From a virus (taxonomy: Duplodnaviria > Caudoviricetes), in the IMG/VR virus record IMGVR_UViG_3300012953_000093, positions 1-34,866 of that record: 34,866 nt of DNA; one strand, 5' to 3'. The translations under genes and the position numbers were made by a program. The notes below the pieces were generated by a model, which saw nothing but the letters and a program-made list of their open reading frames with translations, ran no database searches and had not been told where the DNA came from. Positions 28,101-34,866 of this stretch are shown in pieces. The first letter of the stretch is position 1. Every line of letters starts with the position of its first letter.

Positions 28101-30396
28101 CAAATTCACCGGCAGCAAATTCTGTTTGTTTAGTTCTTTGTGGAAAAAATGCTTGTAATTGATCGCTAACAAATTCCGGTCTATCATCTTTTGCTGCTTG
28201 ATATAACCTTTGTAGTTGTTCATCAGTTTTAAAAGCGTTTTTAAACGCAGGAGAAAGTTGAACTAATCCTTCATCTATATCTCTCCGTACTCCTTGAATA
28301 ATAAATTTACCTTGCGCTCCTAAAAACTTTCCAGCCTCAGCAGCCATTTCTTTTAACAATTCTGGTTGAGGAGCAGCCCAATCTATTGTTGTATTTAAAA
28401 AGTTTCTAAACGCAGAACCCATAGTTCTACCTTGAGTACCTCTCGCTAAAGCGAAAGGCAACAACATAAGATCTGGATCTGTACCAGAAGCAGTACTGCC
28501 TATTGTGTTACCAAAACCAATTTGATCATTTAAGAAATTAAAATATCCGTCAGCAGTTTCTAAACCGCCAGAGTTAAACACTTTAACTCCGTCAATAGAA
28601 TCTTCTATAACTAAAGGTTTTACTAAAGAATATGTTTCATCGGACGCTAAGATTCCTTTTTCTGTAGCCCATTCAATAGCCTGAGCAGTATCATTAAGAA
28701 CAACTTTTTTTGTACCGTTAATATATTTTTCTGTAAAAATAGTTCTAGGTATGTCTTCTATTTTTTTGCCGTTTGTAATTAATGTAAACCGACCACTACT
28801 TTGCCATACTTTCATATGGCCTATAAGGGGAGTTATTTGTTGAGGGTAATCCCGAATAAGTTGTTCAAGCCCAGAACCTTCAACATTTCTTTTTGCAAAT
28901 GATTCAATAATTTCATCAGATACATTATCAATACCTTGTAGCCCCAAAGAATCTAAATAAGAAACAAACTCAGAATCTGCTAATCCTGTAGTTTTAATTT
29001 TGTTTATATTCTCTGCAACTTCTAATTCGTAACGAAAAGCGTCATTAACTCTAAAACGCAATCTATTAAACCCATTAAATTGTTTTACAAATCTTGCAGG
29101 CCAACGACCTTCGCGCATCATAAACGATGCAACAGCATTAGAAAAAGGTCCTTTACCTTCAGCGCCTAAAAGTTTTTTATATTGTTCTTTCCATTTCGGG
29201 TCAGTAAGAACAGAAGACATATCACCTCTAGAAAGCAACTGCATAGTATCAACATTTGTAGTAGCCCCAATTTGAAGATGAGCGTTTCTTAAAAGTTCAA
29301 TAGTTTCTCTAGCCATATTTGGTTTTGTTTGCAACCTAGTTGTTTTAATAACTCTGGCTAAACTACCTACATAAGTAAAAGGATCTATTAAAATAGCAGT
29401 TGCTAATGTTCCAGCAGTCCCCATAATTTTTCCTGCCGTACTTTCTGGGGTAACATTAATAGGGCTAATAGCGTTATACCCTCTAATGATTGTCATGTAT
29501 TCTGTATTTACAGCAGAACCTAAAGTATCAAAAGCCTGATTATATTCAGGATCTCCAAGTTTTGAATACCAATTATAATATTCTTGTGTTGCTTCCTCGT
29601 TCGTTAAACCTTGAGAAACAAAATCTTCATACACACTGTTAGCGCCACCTGACATAAAGAGCCGCATACGACGCAACTCTTCATCACCTAACGATTCTCT
29701 AACTTCATCAAGAGCATACAAATGAAAAGAATCTTCACGATCCCAAGAATTATCCCACGCTTCTTTCCAAGCAGAAGGGTTAGTGTATTTACCAAAACCA
29801 TTTCGTACAGTATCTGCCCAAACAGCGTTAACAGTACGATATGCAGGAGCCGCTAATCTTTCATAAGGAGTAATTGCTGTTTCCCAAAGCACCCGTCCAG
29901 TTGTACCTACAGCCCAACTAACACCACCAGTAACAGCCTGTATAACATTAAGCCCTAAAGGGTTCCATGCTTTTCTTCCAAACCATTCATAACTTTGAGG
30001 ACCATGTTTAAACCGATCCCAAAATCCTTTTTGTTCTTGTATCTGCGGAAGCCTGTAACCAGAACCAATTAAAAATTCTTGTGTTGAAGGGGCTAACTGG
30101 CTAAACTCTGCCCTTTGTATTTCATCCGGTAAACGTTGAAAGTTGTCTTTCATATTATTAGCGTCAACTTGACTAATGCTTGTTGTAAAAACACCAAGCA
30201 TTTGTTCATCAGAAAGATTACCAGTAGCCAATTCCATCAATAATTCTGGACTTTGCTGAAACCATCTATTGCCACCTTCACGATGAAGCAACTGCATTCT
30301 TTGACCAAAATACTGATCATTAACAGGGTTTATTGGATAACCTTGCTGCCTGCCAATAGGCATGTAATCAGTTTCTTCACCTACAAATTTAGCCAT
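22165..30396 (-). CDS. giant internal virion/ejection protein (2743 aa)
   Basis: Uninterrupted 8.2-kb ORF after the portal; N-terminal hydrophobic helices with IDPFTYVG; helical C-terminus. Confidence 0.65.
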   Translation of the reverse strand: MAKFVGEETDYMPIGRQQGYPINPVNDQYFGQRMQLLHREGGNRWFQQSPELLMELATGNLSDEQMLGVFTTSISQVDANNMKDNFQRLPDEIQRAEFSQLAPSTQEFLIGSGYRLPQIQEQKGFWDRFKHGPQSYEWFGRKAWNPLGLNVIQAVTGGVSWAVGTTGRVLWETAITPYERLAAPAYRTVNAVWADTVRNGFGKYTNPSAWKEAWDNSWDREDSFHLYALDEVRESLGDEELRRMRLFMSGGANSVYEDFVSQGLTNEEATQEYYNWYSKLGDPEYNQAFDTLGSAVNTEYMTIIRGYNAISPINVTPESTAGKIMGTAGTLATAILIDPFTYVGSLARVIKTTRLQTKPNMARETIELLRNAHLQIGATTNVDTMQLLSRGDMSSVLTDPKWKEQYKKLLGAEGKGPFSNAVASFMMREGRWPARFVKQFNGFNRLRFRVNDAFRYELEVAENINKIKTTGLADSEFVSYLDSLGLQGIDNVSDEIIESFAKRNVEGSGLEQLIRDYPQQITPLIGHMKVWQSSGRFTLITNGKKIEDIPRTIFTEKYINGTKKVVLNDTAQAIEWATEKGILASDETYSLVKPLVIEDSIDGVKVFNSGGLETADGYFNFLNDQIGFGNTIGSTASGTDPDLMLLPFALARGTQGRTMGSAFRNFLNTTIDWAAPQPELLKEMAAEAGKFLGAQGKFIIQGVRRDIDEGLVQLSPAFKNAFKTDEQLQRLYQAAKDDRPEFVSDQLQAFFPQRTKQTEFAAGEFGLTREEIIDDLTVLEEVFDKYDSISTSFLMNQTHGEFDSFFNFHLFNKEDLLGNFRAVQRTTFNNKTKKIETVFGPDGKPLWDFKPVFTPVRLARRARRAYIESRLHPAGSVNNEIQTLQNAGFLDKAKGTALALGYYPAKLANKFLTFMPRQKYIDVMDLDTATREMQGLVDMGLMSNMPRNVRDEYLRTFINGSEADRWMVQTEFFLDFLGRSGALLNGGTDVQKFVNRFVRHSQARYSMLPGLDSMPIHGVNVNRSVTIGKLHQGQMSALNVIPDYRELGSVARYMNFYRALGWGIHLPLIDKFLGRTWRPAVLLRFGYVVRNGGEELASWLFREGPRANINSRLTAKATGYQKVWDEFGMKTFTQFDDAENASNIQHGIIWGPVSRINRSFSEIAGVGDMAVTRKALAKSVEQQGTKWGFLNETERFEIFEKIRNAERITANNRLVGVVSRGIEDFAAVMSKKISRPFFDMLHSKGLPTSQQWARKILSATDEDAAENIKILSKLFASPRVMDEQMKHVLGSFDSHLATTNNSLDNLIRESGSLNNPMNVINLTLNYSGTEMGWIENFGGSNTQKSPEFAVAAAQQLVWMGDSPAHAAAAIQMMHYTNPQLVKKLAPIKKKLIEKLDELPTTTDTKRIVDSLVTENPAEFLIQFFKAPEFRLLRSDQQWQKIWGELRDSFYRSQSTNTEGGRFIGNRFTNTDFFEQNIDEFFEVIKPKTLDAEELRLLDVDQRQAYENLQLNYKTFTQILKPVLKSDDINTVSWLLNAGADARQFTAANVTDDWLQAKHQAENAMFRFYNGTAEGQQQLLSAVRSGQGGFRPGTGPVHLGLQEGNTRVFVPFLSKDQIPLLQKATKFSSKEQRNAFMDQFGRSLANAGYDQKTVNKVIALINDRKNMYGDLLMDWGKNLDTHVPLMLMTPDARLAEAISDGLSTWIQGQRNIDAGRIGTIDIPSAGIIKKGPGGDDAARARGDVHGHLHEEYYGHMYDPVKEQWRIANSREFERGIGRENVWAVPAESVSTGSGVNPVPNSGGRPSYYEGYVYRNRETNEFMILREGDEVAKELDPKVWTIEKSMTLSSNDLHNAAKEFSFNSARTMEHFISNASKLDDQGKSIEVFYPFLEMVNGHGKGRAVDAGAVLNIGSGGQWWDNMSPRTYGYVPATNPTGAASKANNWWQNLLRNWFDGIVNPAIGAMVREPLFHHYFLKAYRQTDDVERMYYHSKNAYPHMRGASRGRDTKLSKHIEYVEGQVRIPVLDDFLELDMNLGASEAGTAVGNFVDALNKPLVAGADKALSKELLAHEIRQTAKEFLKEIKTIDNIDPAYLAFFEDLVTSSDNILIDFKNWSGNRKLQLDRHREVAMRRGMHITSQYIDDHSIRTQFQGMVGTAIPFWFAEDTFLRRIGRSLNHNPAMFRNAALWEKAGVYSGLIQEDKYGSKYVVVPFSGLAMNAAASIISHSSALEQIFGTSLGGYVEGDLAFNINMLPGYDWDKTDAALFGGEGFIAGDMGFGPMLAIPIMWASQTDPSVRKMFERNLVGGRYNDYAMPNPDDPSAEFSYGSALKMAIHNIAPALVTRTYNGVRTIGDTWFHIGGDPAARSKAAFDVITLRWMQGRYPSQQEISNQPDPDIFMERMIDEINTEASVLQLLQNMTWFFGPGQANISDLIIKNDRWEWNDEFFDLLNVGIPYEEAYRLWSDRIIAEEGEFNPYEFSPFRVGRTKKVPLSAMQATEASNAWLTNNGSWVVQNPLAATFFMPRGMVLGDDEYSAEAKSRMIAYGLYQEQTPEGFLEQMYYQSSFGEYFRKNESYLERIYAMRANGQDVSQVKYQHDNWKQTFLGNHPILGRMLGSGDSKNKREQTIVEMRRILTDVDAIPDTEHKGDIISVMKMVVEYQDEMESLSNIQGVTSLRNEIKLKYHEMMESFTSRKPWLNELYYSVFLPLLTDAWIAKLNAGLLEFPDRRSSSAGVTPLATRRSF

Positions 30397-30856
30397 TAAA
30401 CCGCATACCCGGATTGTTCATATTTGCATTAGCGCCTGCTTTTAATTGGCGAGCAGCAGCGGCAATAGCAGGATCACCAGTGGCTGAAGCCATTCTAGAT
30501 AAAAAATCAGCGGAACGAAATTTTGTGTCAGGGCTTACTAACCTTTGCGTAGGCCTACCAAACCCTTGGCCGGGAGCCATTAAAGAAGTTATATCAGGAG
30601 TATAATTTTGTGCCGCTTCTAAAGGAAGTGCGCCAGTCCCGCCTTGAGGGGGTAAACCGCCAGAAGGGGGGACCGGCCCTGCACCCGAAGGCGCAGGCGC
30701 AGGGGAACCGGGGGTGGGAACGGCTCGGTCCTGCGGCAAAGCAATTCCACCAGCGTTAGGATTTTGTGAAGTTAAGTTCTCACCAACTTGACCATATGAT
30801 GCACCGGCTTCTAAACCAGCGGTCATAGGTTTTTGCGTCTTTCTTTTTCTCGGCAT
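30389..30856 (-). CDS. Pro/Gly-rich disordered protein with basic N-terminus (probable minor virion protein)
   Basis: MPRKRKTQKP...; TAATG-coupled to the portal. Confidence 0.7.
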   Translation of the reverse strand: MPRKRKTQKPMTAGLEAGASYGQVGENLTSQNPNAGGIALPQDRAVPTPGSPAPAPSGAGPVPPSGGLPPQGGTGALPLEAAQNYTPDITSLMAPGQGFGRPTQRLVSPDTKFRSADFLSRMASATGDPAIAAAARQLKAGANANMNNPGMRFNG

Positions 30857-32688
30857 TACCTTGCTCGCAATGCACTTAATAACTCTTGAGCAGCCTGTGG
30901 TGAATACTCGCCACTTTGTTCAGGGGGAATTTCAGGTGGAGGTCCACCTTGCGGACCCATTGCTTCAGGACCACCGGCTAAACCGGGAGCCATTTCAGGA
31001 GGCATAGCCTGACCTTCCATTGGTTCAGGTGCCATAGCAGCCTGCTCCTCACGAATTTCTTCATCTGCTTTTTGCACAGATTCAAAAATATCTAAACCAT
31101 TCTTTCTATGTTTTTCTATCTTTGCTAAATACACAATAGGTAACTGACCAGAAACTGCTTGCTGCTGAATCGCAGCCATTACTGCTTCTTCTAATTGTTC
31201 CTCATCTACTCTACGGCCTTCAGCCTCTGGATCATCAATATAAGGATGACGAGTACGAAAAGTATTTAAACTAATACCTTTCATGCCAAGCAACTGACCT
31301 AACTGAATAGTAGTTCCTTGAATATCCGCACCCGGAATAGAATGAGAAACAACATTGTCGTGTGTTTCAAAATGGTCATTAGGTGTAAAATCTACTTGAC
31401 CAAAATCTCCTGTGTAACCAGTAAACATAGAAAACTTTTTATTACCCCAATGCGCTTCGTATGTAGCAAACACGCATTCATTTAAATGGGGAAGATATGC
31501 TTCCATGATTTCTTGCATTTCTTGAATACGGGGATCCATAGCAGCACCCATGAGAGCGTCAATGCCCCGGCCAGTGCGTAAAGCCCCATACGATTCCCCA
31601 CCGATTTGGGGGACGGTACCTGTTGAGATCCTTGCGTTTCTTTCAAGTCTGTCAATAGCGACTCTTGTTGATTGATCTGGGGAAGATCTAAGTTCCCCGA
31701 TGTTTTCCGCATCCAATAAGACATTAACTTCGCCTTCCCGACCATCCTTCCATTCGCCACCAACTATCATCGGTACCTGACCAGAACGGCCAATAATGTA
31801 TCGGTCAGGGAAGATGGCTTTCTCCTGAGCGATAAGTTCTAATGCCATAAACTTTGCCATCAGGTCAACGATGCCCACTACGTTAGAAACAGAAGAGGCG
31901 ATACGATCAAGTGTTATTCTGCCGGGTGTAATAACACACGGCATTCCTGCTTTATTTATATGTCGGGATAATTCAAAGTTGCTTGAATGTATAGAAGAGT
32001 CATGAGTCCGTATTGTGTAGCGTGGACCAAGGATACCGATAACAATATGTTCAGCGTCTATCCATTCAACTACATCCCATAGTTCTTGCATTCCGTTTTC
32101 GTCGGAAGGAACAGGGCCACCATTTTCTTGACGGCTGTTAGGATAGTTTTGTCGTAGCCACTCACCAGACTTACCGTAAATAAATCCACAGTTACTAGGA
32201 ACGTCAAAGTTTTCGGCAGCCTGTGGTTCAGGGTAAACGTTAAGAGGGTCACGTACTTCTATCTTTGGACAACCCATTTCAAAATCTGGGTACACTACAA
32301 AACATGCTGTCGCATAGCCAGCGAGATGCCGGTAAGCGCGACGGGCTTTAACTTTATATTTGTTCTTATACCATGTAGCAGCCAACGCACGTTTACGAAT
32401 ATCAGCATACTCTCTTGAACGTTTGCCACGTTCTTTACTAGCGTCAATTGCTGGACAACCTATAAACGGAACAACTGATGCAGCGCGTTGAGCGACAGCA
32501 TCAATGTTCTCAGAGATAAGAGCGGGAGTTAATGGGGGAAGAACAGGTTCTTCGTCCATAGACGGAATGGGTATAACGTAATCGCCGTTATAACGTTCTT
32601 TAACTTCCAACATACGTTGCAATAAAGGAGATTGTGCATCTTGCCTATGACGAATGATGCTTGCAATCTCCGCAAATGTATAAGCCAT
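30856..32688 (-). CDS. portal protein
   Basis: 610 aa directly after TerL; IEVRDPLNVYPE motif; Pro/Met/Gly/Gln-rich tail typical of podovirus portals. Confidence 0.8.
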   Translation of the reverse strand: MAYTFAEIASIIRHRQDAQSPLLQRMLEVKERYNGDYVIPIPSMDEEPVLPPLTPALISENIDAVAQRAASVVPFIGCPAIDASKERGKRSREYADIRKRALAATWYKNKYKVKARRAYRHLAGYATACFVVYPDFEMGCPKIEVRDPLNVYPEPQAAENFDVPSNCGFIYGKSGEWLRQNYPNSRQENGGPVPSDENGMQELWDVVEWIDAEHIVIGILGPRYTIRTHDSSIHSSNFELSRHINKAGMPCVITPGRITLDRIASSVSNVVGIVDLMAKFMALELIAQEKAIFPDRYIIGRSGQVPMIVGGEWKDGREGEVNVLLDAENIGELRSSPDQSTRVAIDRLERNARISTGTVPQIGGESYGALRTGRGIDALMGAAMDPRIQEMQEIMEAYLPHLNECVFATYEAHWGNKKFSMFTGYTGDFGQVDFTPNDHFETHDNVVSHSIPGADIQGTTIQLGQLLGMKGISLNTFRTRHPYIDDPEAEGRRVDEEQLEEAVMAAIQQQAVSGQLPIVYLAKIEKHRKNGLDIFESVQKADEEIREEQAAMAPEPMEGQAMPPEMAPGLAGGPEAMGPQGGPPPEIPPEQSGEYSPQAAQELLSALRAR

Positions 32689-34380
32689 TTAAAATACCTT
32701 GCTCGGAGTCCGAATACCTTTCCACGGTAGCGCTTTATAACTGAATTGTCCAGAGTCAACGTCAAACGACTGTTTTCGCTGCCTCCATAAAATCCATATA
32801 AACCATAATGCCATAACTTGGTCCTGTCGTAAACGAGTTCCTCGCTTTAATGGTCGCCACGTCTTCAACTGACGAATCAACTCACCTATCTGATGTCTCG
32901 TTTGTTTATCATCAGCCCAAGGTAATTCTATTTCTCCTCGCATAAACGACAACGCCATAGATGGAACACCTATAGCCTCATCATATTTGTTCACACCAGT
33001 TAAATGTTCACGAACCCTAAACCCATACTTGTTAGTCATCTCTATCAGACGCTCATCACGTGACAAACCTTTCTGAAAAACCATTGCTTCAATAACTACA
33101 TCAGAAACAGTAGATCCATTAGCCATACATCTTTGAACAGCGTCCTCTACTACCCCAAGTATCTGCTCGTTACGGGTAAACCCTACATCTTCCCTAACGA
33201 AAAGAATCTTTAACTTACCTTCATGCGGAGTAGCAGCGACAATACAGTTATTAGAACCCAACGCAGGATCTAAGCCAATATAGACAGTGCAATCTTTTGG
33301 TGGATGATGAGTAACAGAGCGTAAAGGGTTCTTACACAACTCAATAGCGTCATCAGTAAACGTTGCTTCTGATGAAGCCATAGGCTGCTGCATATAGTTT
33401 CTAGCCCACGCTTCTTCCCCCACCTTTCTGCGGATACGGTCAAGCATATCCATGCTAAAAAATTCAGGCCATAACGGTTCAGGGTCACCTTTATCGTTAG
33501 TTAATATTGCAGGGAATCTAATAACTCTCAATATATCTTCGTCTATTTCATCCATTACACGCTCATAAAAGTCGTCTTGACCCACACGAGTACCATTAAT
33601 AACGGTACGTCCCTTCTCACCGGGGCGTGTCAGCCAGTCTTGACGGAACACTTCGAACATTTGTTCGGTCAGATTTAAAGAAACTCTTGACTGAATATCA
33701 TCCACATGCAGATGATCGGTACGAGTACCAGCGATTTTAGAACGCCAACCTAAAGAGACCATAGAGTAATCGCGCTCATCATGCGACGCTTTTTTAAACA
33801 CATTGAAGTAATCAGCGCCCCAAGCCTGCGCTGTTTTACGACCAGACTGGTTCTGAGGCACAAAAGGTCCAAACTTTGCTACATATTTAGGGTAAGGACC
33901 GTGTGGTTCCATACGTCCACGCACCCTACCGAGTATTTTACGGGCCATATCTTGCCCTTCAGACCCTACTGTGATACGAAATTCAGGGTTTAACGCTAGT
34001 TTATAAGTGAAATAGTCTTCAGCGAGAGTAGTTTTACCATGTTCAGGTGGCCAAAGTATAAGGGTTATGCCCCCAGGGGGCGTGTTCTCGTAGGCTTCTA
34101 TGGCTTTCATGTGGAACCAAGGGGACTGATGATCAAAGAAGTCGCTACGAAACGAATCAAATGATCCGTCAAACTCTCTTGGTCCTTCTCGTTCTAACGC
34201 TGCTGCCCGTATAGCGTCGGCTTTTGCAGCGAAATCAGGTATGCGTTGCCGCCATTTTTCGTATGCTGACCTAGTAACACCAGCGATACCACAGGAAGTT
34301 GATATCACCCCTGTTTCATCTAAGGCTTCTAAGAATAGTAACCTATTCTTCTCACCCCTGTCTTTACTTGCGTTAGTCAT
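32689..34380 (-). CDS. terL: terminase large subunit with N-terminal HTH
   Basis: Walker A PPEHGKTT, G.R.D.LHVDD Walker B, GTR coupling motif, YMQQP, nuclease IGLDPA...QDQVMALW. Confidence 0.92.
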   Translation of the reverse strand: MTNASKDRGEKNRLLFLEALDETGVISTSCGIAGVTRSAYEKWRQRIPDFAAKADAIRAAALEREGPREFDGSFDSFRSDFFDHQSPWFHMKAIEAYENTPPGGITLILWPPEHGKTTLAEDYFTYKLALNPEFRITVGSEGQDMARKILGRVRGRMEPHGPYPKYVAKFGPFVPQNQSGRKTAQAWGADYFNVFKKASHDERDYSMVSLGWRSKIAGTRTDHLHVDDIQSRVSLNLTEQMFEVFRQDWLTRPGEKGRTVINGTRVGQDDFYERVMDEIDEDILRVIRFPAILTNDKGDPEPLWPEFFSMDMLDRIRRKVGEEAWARNYMQQPMASSEATFTDDAIELCKNPLRSVTHHPPKDCTVYIGLDPALGSNNCIVAATPHEGKLKILFVREDVGFTRNEQILGVVEDAVQRCMANGSTVSDVVIEAMVFQKGLSRDERLIEMTNKYGFRVREHLTGVNKYDEAIGVPSMALSFMRGEIELPWADDKQTRHQIGELIRQLKTWRPLKRGTRLRQDQVMALWFIWILWRQRKQSFDVDSGQFSYKALPWKGIRTPSKVF

Positions 34381-34658
34381 GAATGGTCAAATACGCTCTT
34401 TGTTACCTCTAACTGAATGACTTCTGCCGCTACGACAGAGCCTGAACCAACAAACTTTATTGTATGAGTACCTATTTGATCTAATGTGACATCAGCCACA
34501 TATACACCGCCACCACTAGCAGATTCAGAAACATCTGTATCTGTACCATCAGGTTTACGGTGAGTAGTTACAACACCGCCATCTGGATTAGTGCCAGTAG
34601 AATTAGAACTAAACGTAGCAGTAACTCGTACCCTGTCACCTTTATCGTAAGTGGCCAT
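34377..34658 (-). CDS. small beta-sandwich (Ig-like) protein
   Basis: YDKGD.VR..ATF......DP......KPDG......G.Y......G.H pattern; coupled to TerL. Confidence 0.6.
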   Translation of the reverse strand: MATYDKGDRVRVTATFSSNSTGTNPDGGVVTTHRKPDGTDTDVSESASGGGVYVADVTLDQIGTHTIKFVGSGSVVAAEVIQLEVTKSVFDHS

Positions 34659-34744
34659 TATTTTTTCTTTCTTTTCTTTGCTTTTGCAGCAGCGGCTTTA
34701 CCCTTAGCAGTATAAGGATATTTTTTGTTACCTACTTTTGGCAT
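34658..34744 (-). CDS. 28-aa lysine-rich peptide (not in ORF track)
   Basis: MPKVGNKKYPYTAKGKAAAAKAKKRKKK; AGGAGG RBS; TAATG overlap. Confidence 0.8.
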   Translation of the reverse strand: MPKVGNKKYPYTAKGKAAAAKAKKRKKK

Positions 34745-34756
34745 TGTTCCTCCTAA

Positions 34757-34866
34757 CTACCATTTAGTTTTATTAGCCCAATATGCAGCAGACATTTTTC
34801 CTTTAGAAATATTCTTTGCATGACGAGCCTTAAACGATTTTTTTCTTGCTTTTTCTTTAGCAGATG
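34757..34866 (-). CDS. C-terminal part of a conserved basic phage protein (runs off window)
   Basis: ...ARKKSFKARHAKNISKGKMSAAYWANKTKW*; matches the SF.ARH...SA.YW...W motif of aquatic phage proteins. Confidence 0.75.
   Translation of the reverse strand, partial: SAKEKARKKSFKARHAKNISKGKMSAAYWANKTKW

Noticed and set aside
22165-30396. Virion RNA polymerase or tape measure protein
   Set aside because: No DxDGD or T7/N4-type catalytic motifs recognised, no TMP periodicity, and no tail tube genes; a very divergent enzyme cannot be excluded without structure prediction
30620-30740. GC-rich island or regulatory repeat
   Set aside because: Explained by Pro/Gly/Ala codons of the coding sequence
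1-34866. Alternative genetic code
   Set aside because: Genes are intact and tightly packed under code 11, and TAA, TGA and TAG are all used as stops

Overview
The window is about 35 kb of a tailed dsDNA phage genome with podovirus-type architecture. The host is most likely a low-GC aquatic actinobacterium (Acidimicrobiia-like); this is inferred from an r1t-type holin, a phiC31 gp3-like protein, the ferredoxin type and a leaderless promoter. The + strand arm (1-6004) holds small early genes, a Cas4-like Fe-S exonuclease, a gp3/RDF-like recombination protein, a NinG-like HNH nuclease and an M15 endolysin. The - strand arm (34866 to 6005) encodes, in order: basic micro-proteins, TerL with an N-terminal HTH, portal, five probable internal virion/ejection proteins (2743, 1364, 382, 392 and 550 aa), a basic peptide, holin, a separately promoted scaffold/FmdB Zn-ribbon/major capsid unit, adaptor, nozzle, an S74-chaperoned fibre, a membrane protein, a ferredoxin, and a two-gene metallophosphoesterase unit. 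The most notable non-coding element is a ~180-nt structured 5' leader upstream of the scaffold gene, with an ACCUCC anti-Shine-Dalgarno loop, mutually exclusive hairpins and possible pseudoknots. A second is a leaderless promoter with a perfect DnaA box. No tRNA, rRNA, CRISPR array, integrase or tape-measure gene was recognised. All family calls come from motif recognition by eye, not database searches.
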